Shown piece by piece: positions 27,594 through 38,250 of a stretch of DNA of 64,000 bases. Within the stretch, counting starts at the first letter, position 1. Each line of letters begins with the position of its first letter. Origin of the DNA: a virus; the IMG/VR virus record IMGVR_UViG_3300009537_000004, positions 7,125 to 71,124 of that record; one strand, given 5' to 3'. A model generated the notes under the pieces. That model was given only the letters and a program-made list of their open reading frames with translations, searched no databases and was not told the origin of the DNA. Position numbers and translations under genes: made by a program.

Positions 27594-30275
27594 ATGGCTA
27601 AGATCAAGAAGTTTAAATCCAAACAGAATCTACGCAGAATTAAGGTCTTTAAAGAAGACACACAACCAGGATCAAGATTCTTTCAGCTAAGAGAAGTTCC
27701 ACAAATTTTACACAGCGGAAAGAACGCATTTCTTATTCAGGGGTCAGAGAATCTAAATCCCAACACTGAAGTATTGGTTGAGATTTTGGATGCCAATGGT
27801 GACACAATCTTCAACCAGCCAATTCCAAAGTATGCGGAGGGACAGGCCCGCGTCGTTTCTGTTGAGATTTACGAAGATACCCCTCCTGGTCCAGGACTGC
27901 TGATTATAGTAGGTGAAGCTGATACTGATGAAGATGGGAGTCCAATTCCTGACCAATGGAGAGGGACTTATAATGTTAGGTATCAACAAAGAATTACTAT
28001 TGACCCGCTGAGAATTAATACCAGCAAGATTAGACTATATCAAAGACCAACCTTGGCAGTAACAGAGATTTTATCTCCGTTCAGAAAGTCTGTTCAGTCG
28101 GGTGTTATTGAGGCTGTGGGTTCGGGCTCAACCACCATCCTTCAGCAATCCGCCGGAGCTACTGGTTCTGCTACTTTCAACCAAGTTTTTACTGCTCCCG
28201 TCGCTTCGCTTTCCCGCTCAATGGAAGATGGGACAATCAAATTGGCCATTTCGACGCCCGATGGCATATTACCACAAACATCTTCCATAAAAACGGTGCT
28301 CAATAGCTTTACGGCATTTTTGGATGACAAGCTGAATATTAGTCCCGGCCTAGTCTATCCCGTTTCGGCTTATACAATCAGCTTTCAAGACACCCCAATA
28401 TTTTCTCCTACTCTGCTAAGTCGCTCTTTGGCCGATGTTAAGTTGGACAAACTGACCACATTTTCTGGTGATATAGCTCGAGCAAGATTCTATGTCAGAT
28501 CTATTGACTTCGGCGGAGACTTTGAGTTGGTGTTGGATACAAGGTTAGAATCAACAATACTGACGCAAACAGCTTCAGCTGAATTCGGTCCTGCAACACA
28601 AATGGGAGATTTCAATGACCAGCAAGTTATTGACCTATTTTGGAGCGGCGGCTATGTGACAACTTCTGTTTCTCCTCCATATCTTCCAAGCTCAGAGGTA
28701 GTGTTGGCAAGGAATACATCCGTATTGGCAGATTCTATGTACGTTTCTTCTGATACTCCTGTTGGCATTGGAGGGACTAGCGGATACAAAACCAATCCAG
28801 CAGAACAATTTTTTGGAAACTTCCGTAGATTAGAACCATCAATGAGTTTCCATGATGAACTGGAATATAGTCTGGAATTCAATACAATCTGCGAGAAGGA
28901 TAACGATGCCTTCAATGCTAGAATGGATGTCTACTTGTCCGGTAGTGCTTTTCCTAGTGACAATCCTCTTGGCGTATTGCTGACTACTTTAGAATCTCCA
29001 ATTGGACAAATAGAGAGAGTGTTCACTGATAATGCCGTCAATTTTGTTCCGTCCCGCGACGGCGCAGGATATTTGGTTTTTGTTGTATGGGGCGGAGATT
29101 GGTATATTTCAGATGTAGTTTTGCAATCATCCTTTGAAACCGGCTTCAATCCCGACCAAGTTGAATTCATCATTCCTGTTCTTGGAAAGAGATTTGAGAA
29201 CCTGGAATTCAAAGCTGAACTGTTTGATCCAAGCAACAACTATCTTGGGTTTGATGTTCTTTCCGACGTTGTGCTTTTTAATGGTGGAAATTTATTGATT
29301 CGTGGAACAGATCATAGGGTTGAAGGACGGCTAACTGTGTCTCCATCTGGTTCAGGCGTCACTATTTCGTCTGACGGATATTTTGATGAAGATGGTTCAC
29401 CAATGTCTGGTTCCGCAATCTACACCGGAGAAGGAAGATGGTTTCATAAGGATACCGCAATTCTTTTGGCAGAAGATACTGACGGTAATCCAAGAATTAG
29501 TTTTGGAGACAAACTGAAGGGTTATGTTGATTCTGTAACCGGCGAGTTTGTTCTTATCGTTCAAGGAACTATTCTTGTGGGAACAGGATCATTAGTAACG
29601 GACATTCTAAGTTTACTTCCAAGACTTCCTACGGATGATTTCTACCACAGAATTCGTGGAATCAATCTTGACTTTTATGATGTGCAAGGCAAGAAGGCAC
29701 TCACTGCAGGAGAAGTAGAATCCGCAACCGACTCTCAATTTGCATCTTCTGAACAGATTGCTAGAATGGGTAAATATACTCGTGGCACAATTCCACGAAC
29801 GGTTCCGGATGAGTCACCATTGATTGTGTCCGGAGTCACTGCATCATTCAATCCGCTATCAGCAGCAACGGTAACAGCAACCATTTCATCGTCAGGAACA
29901 ATTGAAGTTCCAGCGGGCGTAGTCATATGGAATAATACTCTCTATGGCAACATGCTTGTGGACATTGATGAGTTGGAGCTTACCAGCTCCGCATACTCAG
30001 TGAATATGGAACTGATAGTAGATACAAGCTGGGTGGGCTATTCTTCAGGAAGCAATCCTGGACTTAGCTCCGATGTTTTGGATTTGAGCGGAACTCGTGT
30101 TGTGCAAACCATTTCTGATGACGCAGACTTTTGGGTCACGGTCACTGGTAGTTTTTCTCCAAACCCATTTCTTTCGTATCCAATTCATATTCCAGAGGAC
30201 CGGCCGGATGGATACAACACGCTTTATGTTGTAGTATCTTTGACTGTAACTACAACAAGAAGTGACCAGGTGTAA
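27594..30275 (+). CDS. Large tail/virion protein
   Basis: 893 aa, beta-rich, SGS motifs, preceded by TACTTAT. Confidence 0.65.
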   Translation: MAKIKKFKSKQNLRRIKVFKEDTQPGSRFFQLREVPQILHSGKNAFLIQGSENLNPNTEVLVEILDANGDTIFNQPIPKYAEGQARVVSVEIYEDTPPGPGLLIIVGEADTDEDGSPIPDQWRGTYNVRYQQRITIDPLRINTSKIRLYQRPTLAVTEILSPFRKSVQSGVIEAVGSGSTTILQQSAGATGSATFNQVFTAPVASLSRSMEDGTIKLAISTPDGILPQTSSIKTVLNSFTAFLDDKLNISPGLVYPVSAYTISFQDTPIFSPTLLSRSLADVKLDKLTTFSGDIARARFYVRSIDFGGDFELVLDTRLESTILTQTASAEFGPATQMGDFNDQQVIDLFWSGGYVTTSVSPPYLPSSEVVLARNTSVLADSMYVSSDTPVGIGGTSGYKTNPAEQFFGNFRRLEPSMSFHDELEYSLEFNTICEKDNDAFNARMDVYLSGSAFPSDNPLGVLLTTLESPIGQIERVFTDNAVNFVPSRDGAGYLVFVVWGGDWYISDVVLQSSFETGFNPDQVEFIIPVLGKRFENLEFKAELFDPSNNYLGFDVLSDVVLFNGGNLLIRGTDHRVEGRLTVSPSGSGVTISSDGYFDEDGSPMSGSAIYTGEGRWFHKDTAILLAEDTDGNPRISFGDKLKGYVDSVTGEFVLIVQGTILVGTGSLVTDILSLLPRLPTDDFYHRIRGINLDFYDVQGKKALTAGEVESATDSQFASSEQIARMGKYTRGTIPRTVPDESPLIVSGVTASFNPLSAATVTATISSSGTIEVPAGVVIWNNTLYGNMLVDIDELELTSSAYSVNMELIVDTSWVGYSSGSNPGLSSDVLDLSGTRVVQTISDDADFWVTVTGSFSPNPFLSYPIHIPEDRPDGYNTLYVVVSLTVTTTRSDQV

Positions 30276-31102
30276 TGTCCGCAAGCCTTGAGTTTGCAAT
30301 TGCTGGTTTCGGCGGTCCCGTGGGGCCGGTGTTCTACTACGCGGTCACCTCGGCGTCAGCAGCACGCAGGGGCCTCTTCCTACAGGGCGTGAGCGGCTCG
30401 CCGCAGCTCTCTCTACAGCCGCGAAGCGGAAGCCCTGCTTTCCTTCTTCCTGGTGACCTGTGGTATCAGCAGAGTGGAAGCACTGGTGACCCGAACCTCT
30501 TCATCGCTGAGCAGTGGCCAGGCGAAGACCCGGCAGCGCACCGCTTCGTGCTTGCTCGTGAGGGTGAGACCGTGGTGCAGGCGGTCACTCGCTTCGCCAC
30601 GGGTGACGCCCCTGCCGACCTGTTCGCCGGCGCGAACGCTGTCGTCGTCAACGGCTTCTTCATCACGGCCAACACCGCTGCGGTCAGCGGTGCTCTCGTG
30701 CGCAATGCGACGTGGGACGGCGGCTTCTTCATGCCTGACGCAAGCACCGTGGCCGTGTCTGGTACGGTTGACCTGCTCGTCCCGAGCGGCTCGCTCACGG
30801 TCGAGCGCGGCGACCTGTCTGTGCTGTCCGGCTCGATCTACGTCTACAGCGGCAGCGTCACGCTAGCAGGTGAGACAGCATCGTTCGACATCAGCGGCTC
30901 CAGCGTGACCGCATCGTTGCTTGGCAACCCAATCATGAGCGTCAAAACAGGTTCCGTTAGCTCGGCCTCCCTATCACCAATCCCGATTGATGGAACTCTG
31001 TACGTCAACACTTCTAGCTTAGATATTAGTGTTCGTGCCAGCGGACAGTTCTATGATTTGACGTTCACTGCGCCGGATTTGGTTGATGGAGGCACTTACT
31101 AA
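30275..31102 (+). CDS. Tail-fibre-associated protein, paralog of 35615..36727
   Basis: Shared 'GLF...SP.LS..P......LPGD', 'LVRN..WDGG..M.D...VA..GT', C-terminal 'DGG.Y'. Confidence 0.65.
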   Translation: MSASLEFAIAGFGGPVGPVFYYAVTSASAARRGLFLQGVSGSPQLSLQPRSGSPAFLLPGDLWYQQSGSTGDPNLFIAEQWPGEDPAAHRFVLAREGETVVQAVTRFATGDAPADLFAGANAVVVNGFFITANTAAVSGALVRNATWDGGFFMPDASTVAVSGTVDLLVPSGSLTVERGDLSVLSGSIYVYSGSVTLAGETASFDISGSSVTASLLGNPIMSVKTGSVSSASLSPIPIDGTLYVNTSSLDISVRASGQFYDLTFTAPDLVDGGTY

Positions 31103-33579
31103 TGCCCGAAGTTACTTGTTCACTACTACCACAGAAAATGAGAGAGTTGCAGGCGGAATGGGCATCGTCTGGCTCTATCGCTGCGTATGACTTCGGCGCC
31201 GGCGGCTCGGTCACCGCTTCGTACACCAGCGATGTTACGCTTACCAATGCTTCCATTGTTGCACGACCTGATGCATTGAGTTTGGACTACAAAACCGGAT
31301 TTGCGTTCGGCCCTATCGAAAACGGAAACACGGCATCAGGATCAATAGCTAGAGCATGGCGCATTCAAAATCTCTATAACGAGAGCAGCTTTACTGGTTC
31401 TGTTGTGTTGTCAAGAGAAAATGACGCAGGAAATAACTGGGACACAGGGTCAGTTCTCTTTGAATACTCTGGCAGCAGAATAGAAGAAATCGATCTTACT
31501 TTTGATCAATCCGGCCGCCCAGTTGTTACAGGTGACCGCAGATTTATAGTGGCTGATATTTCTCAATCACAGGTTTGGTTGTATAGGTTTAGTACAGTTG
31601 CCAGCGCATTTATCTTTACTGGAATAGCTACTGGCAGTACGCCAAGAATAATGCTTGACGACCCAATAGATGTTTCAAACAGCGATGTGCTGCTATTCTA
31701 TGTTAGGGGTTACACCAGTGAAGATCGTTTTGGAAGTTGGGGTATAGGTCAGTTTATTGCAGCAACGGGAAGCGGAGTATCAGGAGATTTCAGTTCAAGT
31801 TATCAAACTGGTTCGGTCACTCTTTCTCTGTCACCATATCATTTCTCTTCTGAATCGTTGAATGAGATTGGAGTATTTACCAGCCAAACAGGAAGAGACC
31901 CTTCTATTGGTATAACTGGTTCATTCAACTTTCCAGGTGTTGCAAGCTTAGGCGTTACTATTGTTGGTCCTGACGCAGCAGGAAATCAGCTTTTTGCCTA
32001 CAATACTGCCGGCGGCCTTATTGATCAACGTTCGTTTTTATATGATAGCAATGCCAATGTATTGACAAAAGACACGCAGGTCATTCACGCTACGTCCGGA
32101 TCATATATTCGAACATTCAGATTAGCACCAGCGACGAACGATTATGTTGGTTATGATATGATTTTGTTTGAACCAACCTCCGGCTCAACGGAAGGAAATT
32201 TCTCTACTCAGCAAGTTTATTACCGTCAACAGAGAGATAACTATGCAATAGAGTATGTAGTTCCGTTGATAGAAGATACTTTTCTTGAATGGGTAGATTG
32301 GATGTTTGGGTCATTTACAGGAACGATAGGTGGTGGTGATGAGCCAGGCGTTCTTATCGGTGAGGTTGTATGGGAGAGTTGGGTGTCGGGTACAATCATT
32401 GGAACATGGTCAGGTTCATTTACAGGGTCTAGCCTTATTTACCATACTGGTAGTGGAATCTCCGGTTCCAGTAGCGAAAGTATGTGTGACAACAACATCA
32501 ATATTGAGATTCATCAGTATCATTTGAGTAGCGGGTCAGGAGAGCAAGGAATCTTCTCGTCCCGACCAACCGTTTCCGCATCGGTTCAAATGACAATCTC
32601 GTTTAGTGACCCATATGTGCACCGCGTTGGAATGAGATGTATCAACGCCAATTACGCAAATGATTTGATCGGGTTTGATTCTTCTGGAAACGAAGTTGAC
32701 AGAGCTACATTTCCATATGTATTTGGGCAGACCACGGGTCCGTGGACAGAGGCATACATTACTGCTTCGGGCGTTGCTGGCACTGGTTCAAGTCCAATCG
32801 TTAGGGTTGTAGTAGATCCTGACCCATTAGATTATATAGCGTTTGACTCATTACTATACAGCCCAATCCTCCCCACATCAGATTTTATAGGAGAATCTGG
32901 TTCGTTCCAAGGAATTCTAACTGGGTCAGTCAGTGGCAATGTTCTTGGATTTGCTAGTGGAGCAATGACAGGAACCTTCAGTGGCTCTCGCGGATTCAAT
33001 GATGGAATATTGACCGGCTCAACTTCGTCAAGCTTGATAGAAGGTGAACTATTCATCTACGATTTGTTCCTGGAAGATGTAACAAAGCTTCGAGATAACC
33101 GGCTGTCTCTGTATGTGTCCAGAAGAAATATTGATTCTGGATCTGGCGACATTGGAGAATATAGAGTTCAAAAGCTAGAAACCATTTTGTATCCTCAAAA
33201 AGTAGTGGAAGATGAATATACGGCAAGCGTCACCTATCTAACGAGTTCTTTGCTTCCCATTATCGCACATACGGTCTATGACATTGATTCGTATGTTAGT
33301 GCCAGCATGATGCTGGAATCAGGAAGCTTGAGGCAGTTTATTTTGACACATTCAGTCTATGACAAAGACTCTTATGTAAGTTCAAGTATGACCTTGGAAT
33401 CAGGAAGCTTGAGGCAGTTTATTTTGACACATTCAGTCTATGACAAAGACTCTTATGTGAGTTCCAGCATGGTATTGTCTTCTGGTAGCATGAGACAAAT
33501 TGTTATCACCCACACGGTTTATGATAAGGACTCCTATGTGAGTTCGTCAGTAAATCTTTTATCAGGTAGTTTGGAGTAA
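31102..33579 (+). CDS. Tail fibre/spike-like protein with C-terminal 27-aa repeats
   Basis: 825 aa; 'DLTFDQSGRP', 'YRQQRDNY.IEY'; four tandem repeats at the C-terminus. Confidence 0.65.
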   Translation: MPEVTCSLLPQKMRELQAEWASSGSIAAYDFGAGGSVTASYTSDVTLTNASIVARPDALSLDYKTGFAFGPIENGNTASGSIARAWRIQNLYNESSFTGSVVLSRENDAGNNWDTGSVLFEYSGSRIEEIDLTFDQSGRPVVTGDRRFIVADISQSQVWLYRFSTVASAFIFTGIATGSTPRIMLDDPIDVSNSDVLLFYVRGYTSEDRFGSWGIGQFIAATGSGVSGDFSSSYQTGSVTLSLSPYHFSSESLNEIGVFTSQTGRDPSIGITGSFNFPGVASLGVTIVGPDAAGNQLFAYNTAGGLIDQRSFLYDSNANVLTKDTQVIHATSGSYIRTFRLAPATNDYVGYDMILFEPTSGSTEGNFSTQQVYYRQQRDNYAIEYVVPLIEDTFLEWVDWMFGSFTGTIGGGDEPGVLIGEVVWESWVSGTIIGTWSGSFTGSSLIYHTGSGISGSSSESMCDNNINIEIHQYHLSSGSGEQGIFSSRPTVSASVQMTISFSDPYVHRVGMRCINANYANDLIGFDSSGNEVDRATFPYVFGQTTGPWTEAYITASGVAGTGSSPIVRVVVDPDPLDYIAFDSLLYSPILPTSDFIGESGSFQGILTGSVSGNVLGFASGAMTGTFSGSRGFNDGILTGSTSSSLIEGELFIYDLFLEDVTKLRDNRLSLYVSRRNIDSGSGDIGEYRVQKLETILYPQKVVEDEYTASVTYLTSSLLPIIAHTVYDIDSYVSASMMLESGSLRQFILTHSVYDKDSYVSSSMTLESGSLRQFILTHSVYDKDSYVSSSMVLSSGSMRQIVITHTVYDKDSYVSSSVNLLSGSLE
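33268..33576 (+). repeat. 81-bp (27-aa) tandem repeat, about 4 copies
   Basis: Unit H[ST]VYDKDSYVSSSM.L.SGS[LM]RQ...T; 33314-33377 is identical to 33395-33458. Confidence 0.95.
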
Positions 33580-33582
33580 TTT

Positions 33583-34632
33583 ATGAGAAACAGAATATGG
33601 ATTCCCGAGAAACCAATAACACACGAATTAGAAAGAGGAGAATTTAGTCCTCCAACTCTAACTGTCAAATTTGGCGGTTACTTCTATGTTGATTTGATCG
33701 ATGCCAAAACTGGCAGGGTCAAAGAGCATTATGAGTTTCCAAATTTATTGACTGATACTGGAATGGATTGGGTTGGTGGACAAGCAGGCATTTCAACTTT
33801 GTTTGCTTATCTAGGTGTGGGCACGGACAATACGACTCCAAATACTGGTGATACTACATTGGGTGCGGAAGTCAGCCGAACTAATTCAGATGGAGGCTTC
33901 ACTAGCGAGCAAACTAGCGGATACGTTACTGGTTCCGGCGGCCCGTTGGACTCTCCATACTACTATCAGCGCCGCGTGCGCCTGTTTACTGAAGCACAAG
34001 GTAACGGCAACCTTACTGAGTTGGGCTGGTTCAACCAAAGCTCAGGCGGCACAATGGGAGTTCGGTCACTCTTCAAAGATAGTGGAGGCTCACCCATCAC
34101 AGTTACTAAGACTAGCTCTGACCAGCTAAAAGTCACTTATGAGTGGAGAATGTATCCGCCGGTAACGGTCACCACCGGCAGCATCGCGCTCAGCAAAACT
34201 GCAACATCTCACTCTTATACTGCAAGTGCATTAGATATAGATAATGACAACTATTGGGGAATCACAGATGGAATGACTGTTGATATGCTTTTGCTCTATC
34301 GAGCATATGCTGTCGCCTCAGCTTCTCAGGTAATATCACCAACCGGCAGTGAATCAAATTTCTTAGGAGGTTCCAGTTTTATTCCTGCCGACGATAACAC
34401 CGTTCAATCTTATTCGGCCGGCACATTCTATTTGGATCTGGAATCTACATGGAATGCCGCTACTGCTAATTTTGGGTCAGGAGGAATTCCTGGTTTTGGC
34501 TTGGCTACTGCGGACAGCTCCAACAGAAGACAATGGCAAGTATATGTTTCGGAATCAATCAAGAAAACTAACTTAGACCAACTGAAATTGAACTGGCGCA
34601 TTACATGGGATAGGGCAGTAATAACATCATAA
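33583..34632 (+). CDS. Tail protein, paralog of 34644..35615
   Basis: 'RIWIPE...GGYFYVDLIDAKTG...EF.NL.TD.G.D...VGT..T.P...DT.L..EV...LTELGW' is shared. Confidence 0.7.
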   Translation: MRNRIWIPEKPITHELERGEFSPPTLTVKFGGYFYVDLIDAKTGRVKEHYEFPNLLTDTGMDWVGGQAGISTLFAYLGVGTDNTTPNTGDTTLGAEVSRTNSDGGFTSEQTSGYVTGSGGPLDSPYYYQRRVRLFTEAQGNGNLTELGWFNQSSGGTMGVRSLFKDSGGSPITVTKTSSDQLKVTYEWRMYPPVTVTTGSIALSKTATSHSYTASALDIDNDNYWGITDGMTVDMLLLYRAYAVASASQVISPTGSESNFLGGSSFIPADDNTVQSYSAGTFYLDLESTWNAATANFGSGGIPGFGLATADSSNRRQWQVYVSESIKKTNLDQLKLNWRITWDRAVITS

Positions 34633-34643
34633 GGAGTCTATAA

Positions 34644-35615
34644 ATGGAAAGAAGAAGGATTTGGATTCCTGAAAGTTATTGTTCTTCTATTGTGGAATTA
34701 CCACCAATTGGTATAGGTGGATACTTCTATGTTGATTTGATTGACGCAAAAACAGGTCACATCAGACAGCACTTGGAGTTTTCTAATCTCATTACAGACG
34801 ATGGCTTGGACCTTATCGGAACAGGTATCAGTTTGGACTCAATCTACAACGAGCTCGCGGTCGGCACTGGCACTACCGCTCCCGCGGTCACCGATACTGC
34901 TCTTGAGAATGAAGTTGCTTCCACAACAAACGACAATAACATTGCTGATGTAGACGGAACGACCAGCAGCCCACGAGAGTATTCGTTTCGCCGCCGGACG
35001 CGAGTATTTTTAGAAGGCGAAGCCAATGATGATTTGACGGAGTTGGGTTGGAAGGTCGGGTCAACATTAGCAAATCGTGCACTATTCAAAGATTTGGCAG
35101 GAAATTCAACAACGGTTTACAAGACCAGCAATGATATTCTTCAAATTTCTTACGAGTATCGAATCTTTGCTCCTCTTGTTGATTTGTCAGGAAGTTTTGA
35201 TTTAGGTGCCGGTTCTGGAAGTGCAACCTATACTCTCCGACCACAAAATGTGAACCAAGCAGACGGATGGGGCGCTCTCCGAAGTGATATGGGAGACTTA
35301 TCAACTGCATTTGCTAAGTTACATGAAACTTCTACTTTAGGGTCACGAACTGGGAATAACGACCCGTCGCCGTCAGATGAAGAATCCAGTAGCAGTTTAG
35401 CTCCTTATACACCTGGCAATTATTACAGAGATATAGAATATGTGTGGACATTTGCCGCCGCAAATTTTACAACTGGTGTTGGTTTGATTACTTGGAATCC
35501 GTGGTATACTACTGGTAACAAAGCAATATGGCAAATGAGTTTGAGCGGCCAAATAGCTAAGAGCGCCGCAACTAAATTCACCATATTTTTCCGTCAAGCA
35601 TGGAATAGAGTCTAA
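34644..35615 (+). CDS. Tail protein, paralog of 33583..34632
   Basis: As above; AGGAG RBS. Confidence 0.7.
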   Translation: MERRRIWIPESYCSSIVELPPIGIGGYFYVDLIDAKTGHIRQHLEFSNLITDDGLDLIGTGISLDSIYNELAVGTGTTAPAVTDTALENEVASTTNDNNIADVDGTTSSPREYSFRRRTRVFLEGEANDDLTELGWKVGSTLANRALFKDLAGNSTTVYKTSNDILQISYEYRIFAPLVDLSGSFDLGAGSGSATYTLRPQNVNQADGWGALRSDMGDLSTAFAKLHETSTLGSRTGNNDPSPSDEESSSSLAPYTPGNYYRDIEYVWTFAAANFTTGVGLITWNPWYTTGNKAIWQMSLSGQIAKSAATKFTIFFRQAWNRV

Positions 35616-36727
35616 TGGCCCTCCCTACCGGATCTGTAGGACAAAGTTGGGGAACTTTCGCGTTTCCAATCACTGCCGGTTCGCCAGCAGTATCTCGTTC
35701 TTTGCCTACCGAATTTGTGGTCACTTATGAAGCACCTGAAGGATTGTATGCTTCCTGTTTGTCAACCTACACTCTTCGCACCAGAGAGATGGGACAAGTT
35801 AGCAGCTCCATTGCGGACTTGGGCGATTATCAGAGAATCACATGGCGGATACTTGACACAACTGCTCCTGGCGTCATTGATACTGTTTTCTTCACCGTCC
35901 GTGGCGCGCTAGTCATTGGTATCGGCGATATAGAATTCTATTATCAATTTGAGTTCGGTGTGTCAGAATCACTACAACGCCGTAAAGGATTGTTCATTAC
36001 TTCGGAGTCATCACCACACCTAAGCATAGAGCCGTTCAATTTCCAAACAAACCTAAAATTACCTGGTGACATATATCTTATCCCTTCTGGACTGAGCATT
36101 GACCCAGGACTTAGGATTATTGAGGTAGGAGCAACCGGAAATCAATACACCGGTAGCTTCTGGACAGCAAGGTTGACGCAATCTATTGATGAATTGATTA
36201 GCAGAGTAACTGCTTCTAATGCTGTCTATGCTCTCACCGGCCTAATCACAGACAGAGGATATGTAACGCCACTGTCGGGTGGAATAGCTCCATTAGTTAG
36301 AAACTGGGATTGGGATGGTGGTTTGTATATGGCCGATTCCACTTCTGTTGCTATTTACGGAACTAACAAAAACTTTCTGATTCCATCAGGAAGCCTAATC
36401 ATTAGGGATGGAAGTGAAATCCTTTCCGGCTCTGTAAATGTAGAAAGTGGTAGTATTTATATACGAGGGCCCGCTGTGCGCTTTGATATGCTTGGAGAGA
36501 GCGCATCAGCGTTCGTACAGGGACAGCCGTTTGTGCATTTGACGCAAAGCACCTCTCCAATAGTAAGTGTGGAATCGGGTTCACCGTTTTTGCCGGATGG
36601 AACGATGGTATTGGTTCCTGACCCAGCAACTTCGTCACTTCTACAAGAAATGCACATAAGAGCAAAAGGTAATTGGTATACTTTGGTGACGCAATCGTTT
36701 GATGTAATGGACGGCGGATTCTACTAA
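35615..36727 (+). CDS. Tail-fibre-associated protein, paralog of 30275..31102
   Basis: The C-terminal ~240 aa align by eye with 30275..31102. Confidence 0.65.
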   Translation: MALPTGSVGQSWGTFAFPITAGSPAVSRSLPTEFVVTYEAPEGLYASCLSTYTLRTREMGQVSSSIADLGDYQRITWRILDTTAPGVIDTVFFTVRGALVIGIGDIEFYYQFEFGVSESLQRRKGLFITSESSPHLSIEPFNFQTNLKLPGDIYLIPSGLSIDPGLRIIEVGATGNQYTGSFWTARLTQSIDELISRVTASNAVYALTGLITDRGYVTPLSGGIAPLVRNWDWDGGLYMADSTSVAIYGTNKNFLIPSGSLIIRDGSEILSGSVNVESGSIYIRGPAVRFDMLGESASAFVQGQPFVHLTQSTSPIVSVESGSPFLPDGTMVLVPDPATSSLLQEMHIRAKGNWYTLVTQSFDVMDGGFY

Positions 36728-36728
36728 T

Positions 36729-37439
36729 ATGGCAGAGACAATCATACTGATACGAAGGAGTGGTATTTCGGGCTCAGCCCCGAGTTCCGGCTCTCTGCGT
36801 GTCGGTGAGCTTGCTCTCAATACTACTGATGGCGGACTGTTTTATCACAACACAGGTTCTGACACACCCGAACTGATCCGCGCCGGCACCGCGTCCTTCG
36901 CGCTCAACGCAGCCGTCAGTGGTGGCTCAACAGACAGCTCGTCCTGGGCCGAAACCGCATCCTACGCGGAAGTTGCACAGACGCTTCTTGGGTCAATAGA
37001 ATCTGCGTCCTGGGCCGAAACCGCATCGTTTGCGTCAAGTGTCATAAAAGAGGAGCATTTTACTGTATACTCAAGCGAACCCGCTAAAACCGTGCTGATC
37101 AATCAAACAGAAAGTCTATTTGAATATGGCCCGGAATTTAGAAAGAAAATGGTTTTGAATACTTATACTCAGGCTAGAGTTTCAACAATAGTTCATGATG
37201 CAGGATACGCTAGTTCTTCTTTAGCAATACAATACTCTGCAAATGATGGAAATGATTGGGACTTTATGAATGGCTCTACTGCTCCATCACTGAGTTTAGC
37301 GGTCACTGGAAATATTGCAGGAGAATGGGTAGATATAGTATCGGAATCCAAATCTGATATTTTACTACGATGGGTTACTCAAGGCGGAGATTCGGTGGAA
37401 AGTCCTTCTATTGGGTCAATCATTTTAACAATTAGATAA
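36729..37439 (+). CDS. Short tail fibre protein (Mtd/hyaluronidase N-terminal-like start)
   Basis: 'IRRS..SG.AP...L..GELA.NT.DG.LFY'; two S.SWAETAS repeats; C-terminal domain shared with 37453..38250. Confidence 0.65.
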   Translation: MAETIILIRRSGISGSAPSSGSLRVGELALNTTDGGLFYHNTGSDTPELIRAGTASFALNAAVSGGSTDSSSWAETASYAEVAQTLLGSIESASWAETASFASSVIKEEHFTVYSSEPAKTVLINQTESLFEYGPEFRKKMVLNTYTQARVSTIVHDAGYASSSLAIQYSANDGNDWDFMNGSTAPSLSLAVTGNIAGEWVDIVSESKSDILLRWVTQGGDSVESPSIGSIILTIR

Positions 37440-37452
37440 ATAAGGGAAAAAA

Positions 37453-38250
37453 ATGTCAGATATTAAACTATTTTTTGATAGACATGTTAGTGGAACCTTT
37501 TCAGGATCCTTTGACGGTTCTATCTCAACTGCAGTAAGCGCATCGTTTGCAACGACAGCATCGTTTGCGACCCTCGCGGCTCTTGCGGATACCGGTTCTT
37601 ATGTTGCTGGTGGCAATGTTGACGGCGCAGTAGCTCTAGCCGATACAGCAAGTTATGTAGCCGCTGGAAACATTGACGGCGTAGTGGCATCTGCATCATT
37701 TGCAACGACAGCATCGTTCGCTCAGACAGGATCGTATGTTGCCGGTGGCGATGTTGACGGCGCAGTAGCTCTAGCCGATACAGCAAGTTATGTAGCCGGT
37801 GCTGATGTTGATGGAACAGTTGCGTTAGCTACCACGGCATCATTTGCCAGTAAGGCAGCGGTGGCTCCAATTCAATTGTCTCTCAACAACAATTTTGGTG
37901 CAGATATTGTAATTACAAATCTTACCGGTTCTGTTGAGGAGTGGGATAGTGGTCAGAGAACAAAAGTTGATCTAACTAACTACTCGCGAGCAAGAACAAT
38001 TGTGAGGGTCAATCAAACAGATGTCAGCGGTGCAGTTGGTATACAATACTCAGCCGATGAATCGTCTTGGACATTCTTAGACGGCGGAGAAGGACCATCT
38101 GCGTCATTGGCAACTGTTGGAACCATAGCAAGCGATTTTGCTGAATTGGTTGGGGGCGCACAAGCCGATGTGTATGTACGCTGGGTAACTTTTTCAGGAA
38201 GTGAAGCAGACACAGCAAAACTTGGGAGCGTAACTCTGCTCGCTAGATAA
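37453..38250 (+). CDS. Short tail fibre protein with A.TAS[FY] repeats
   Basis: Repeats 'ALADTASYVA.G.VDG' and 'SASFATTASFA'. Confidence 0.65.
   Translation: MSDIKLFFDRHVSGTFSGSFDGSISTAVSASFATTASFATLAALADTGSYVAGGNVDGAVALADTASYVAAGNIDGVVASASFATTASFAQTGSYVAGGDVDGAVALADTASYVAGADVDGTVALATTASFASKAAVAPIQLSLNNNFGADIVITNLTGSVEEWDSGQRTKVDLTNYSRARTIVRVNQTDVSGAVGIQYSADESSWTFLDGGEGPSASLATVGTIASDFAELVGGAQADVYVRWVTFSGSEADTAKLGSVTLLAR
37616..37798 (+). repeat. 48-bp exact direct repeat, period 135 bp
   Basis: ATGTTGACGGCGCAGTAGCTCTAGCCGATACAGCAAGTTATGTAGCCG at 37616-37663 and 37751-37798. Confidence 0.9.

Noticed and set aside
33268-33576. Possible CRISPR array or DGR template/variable repeat
   Set aside because: These are in-frame 81-bp coding repeats with no unique spacers, no adenine-specific mismatch pattern, and no cas or reverse transcriptase gene in the window.
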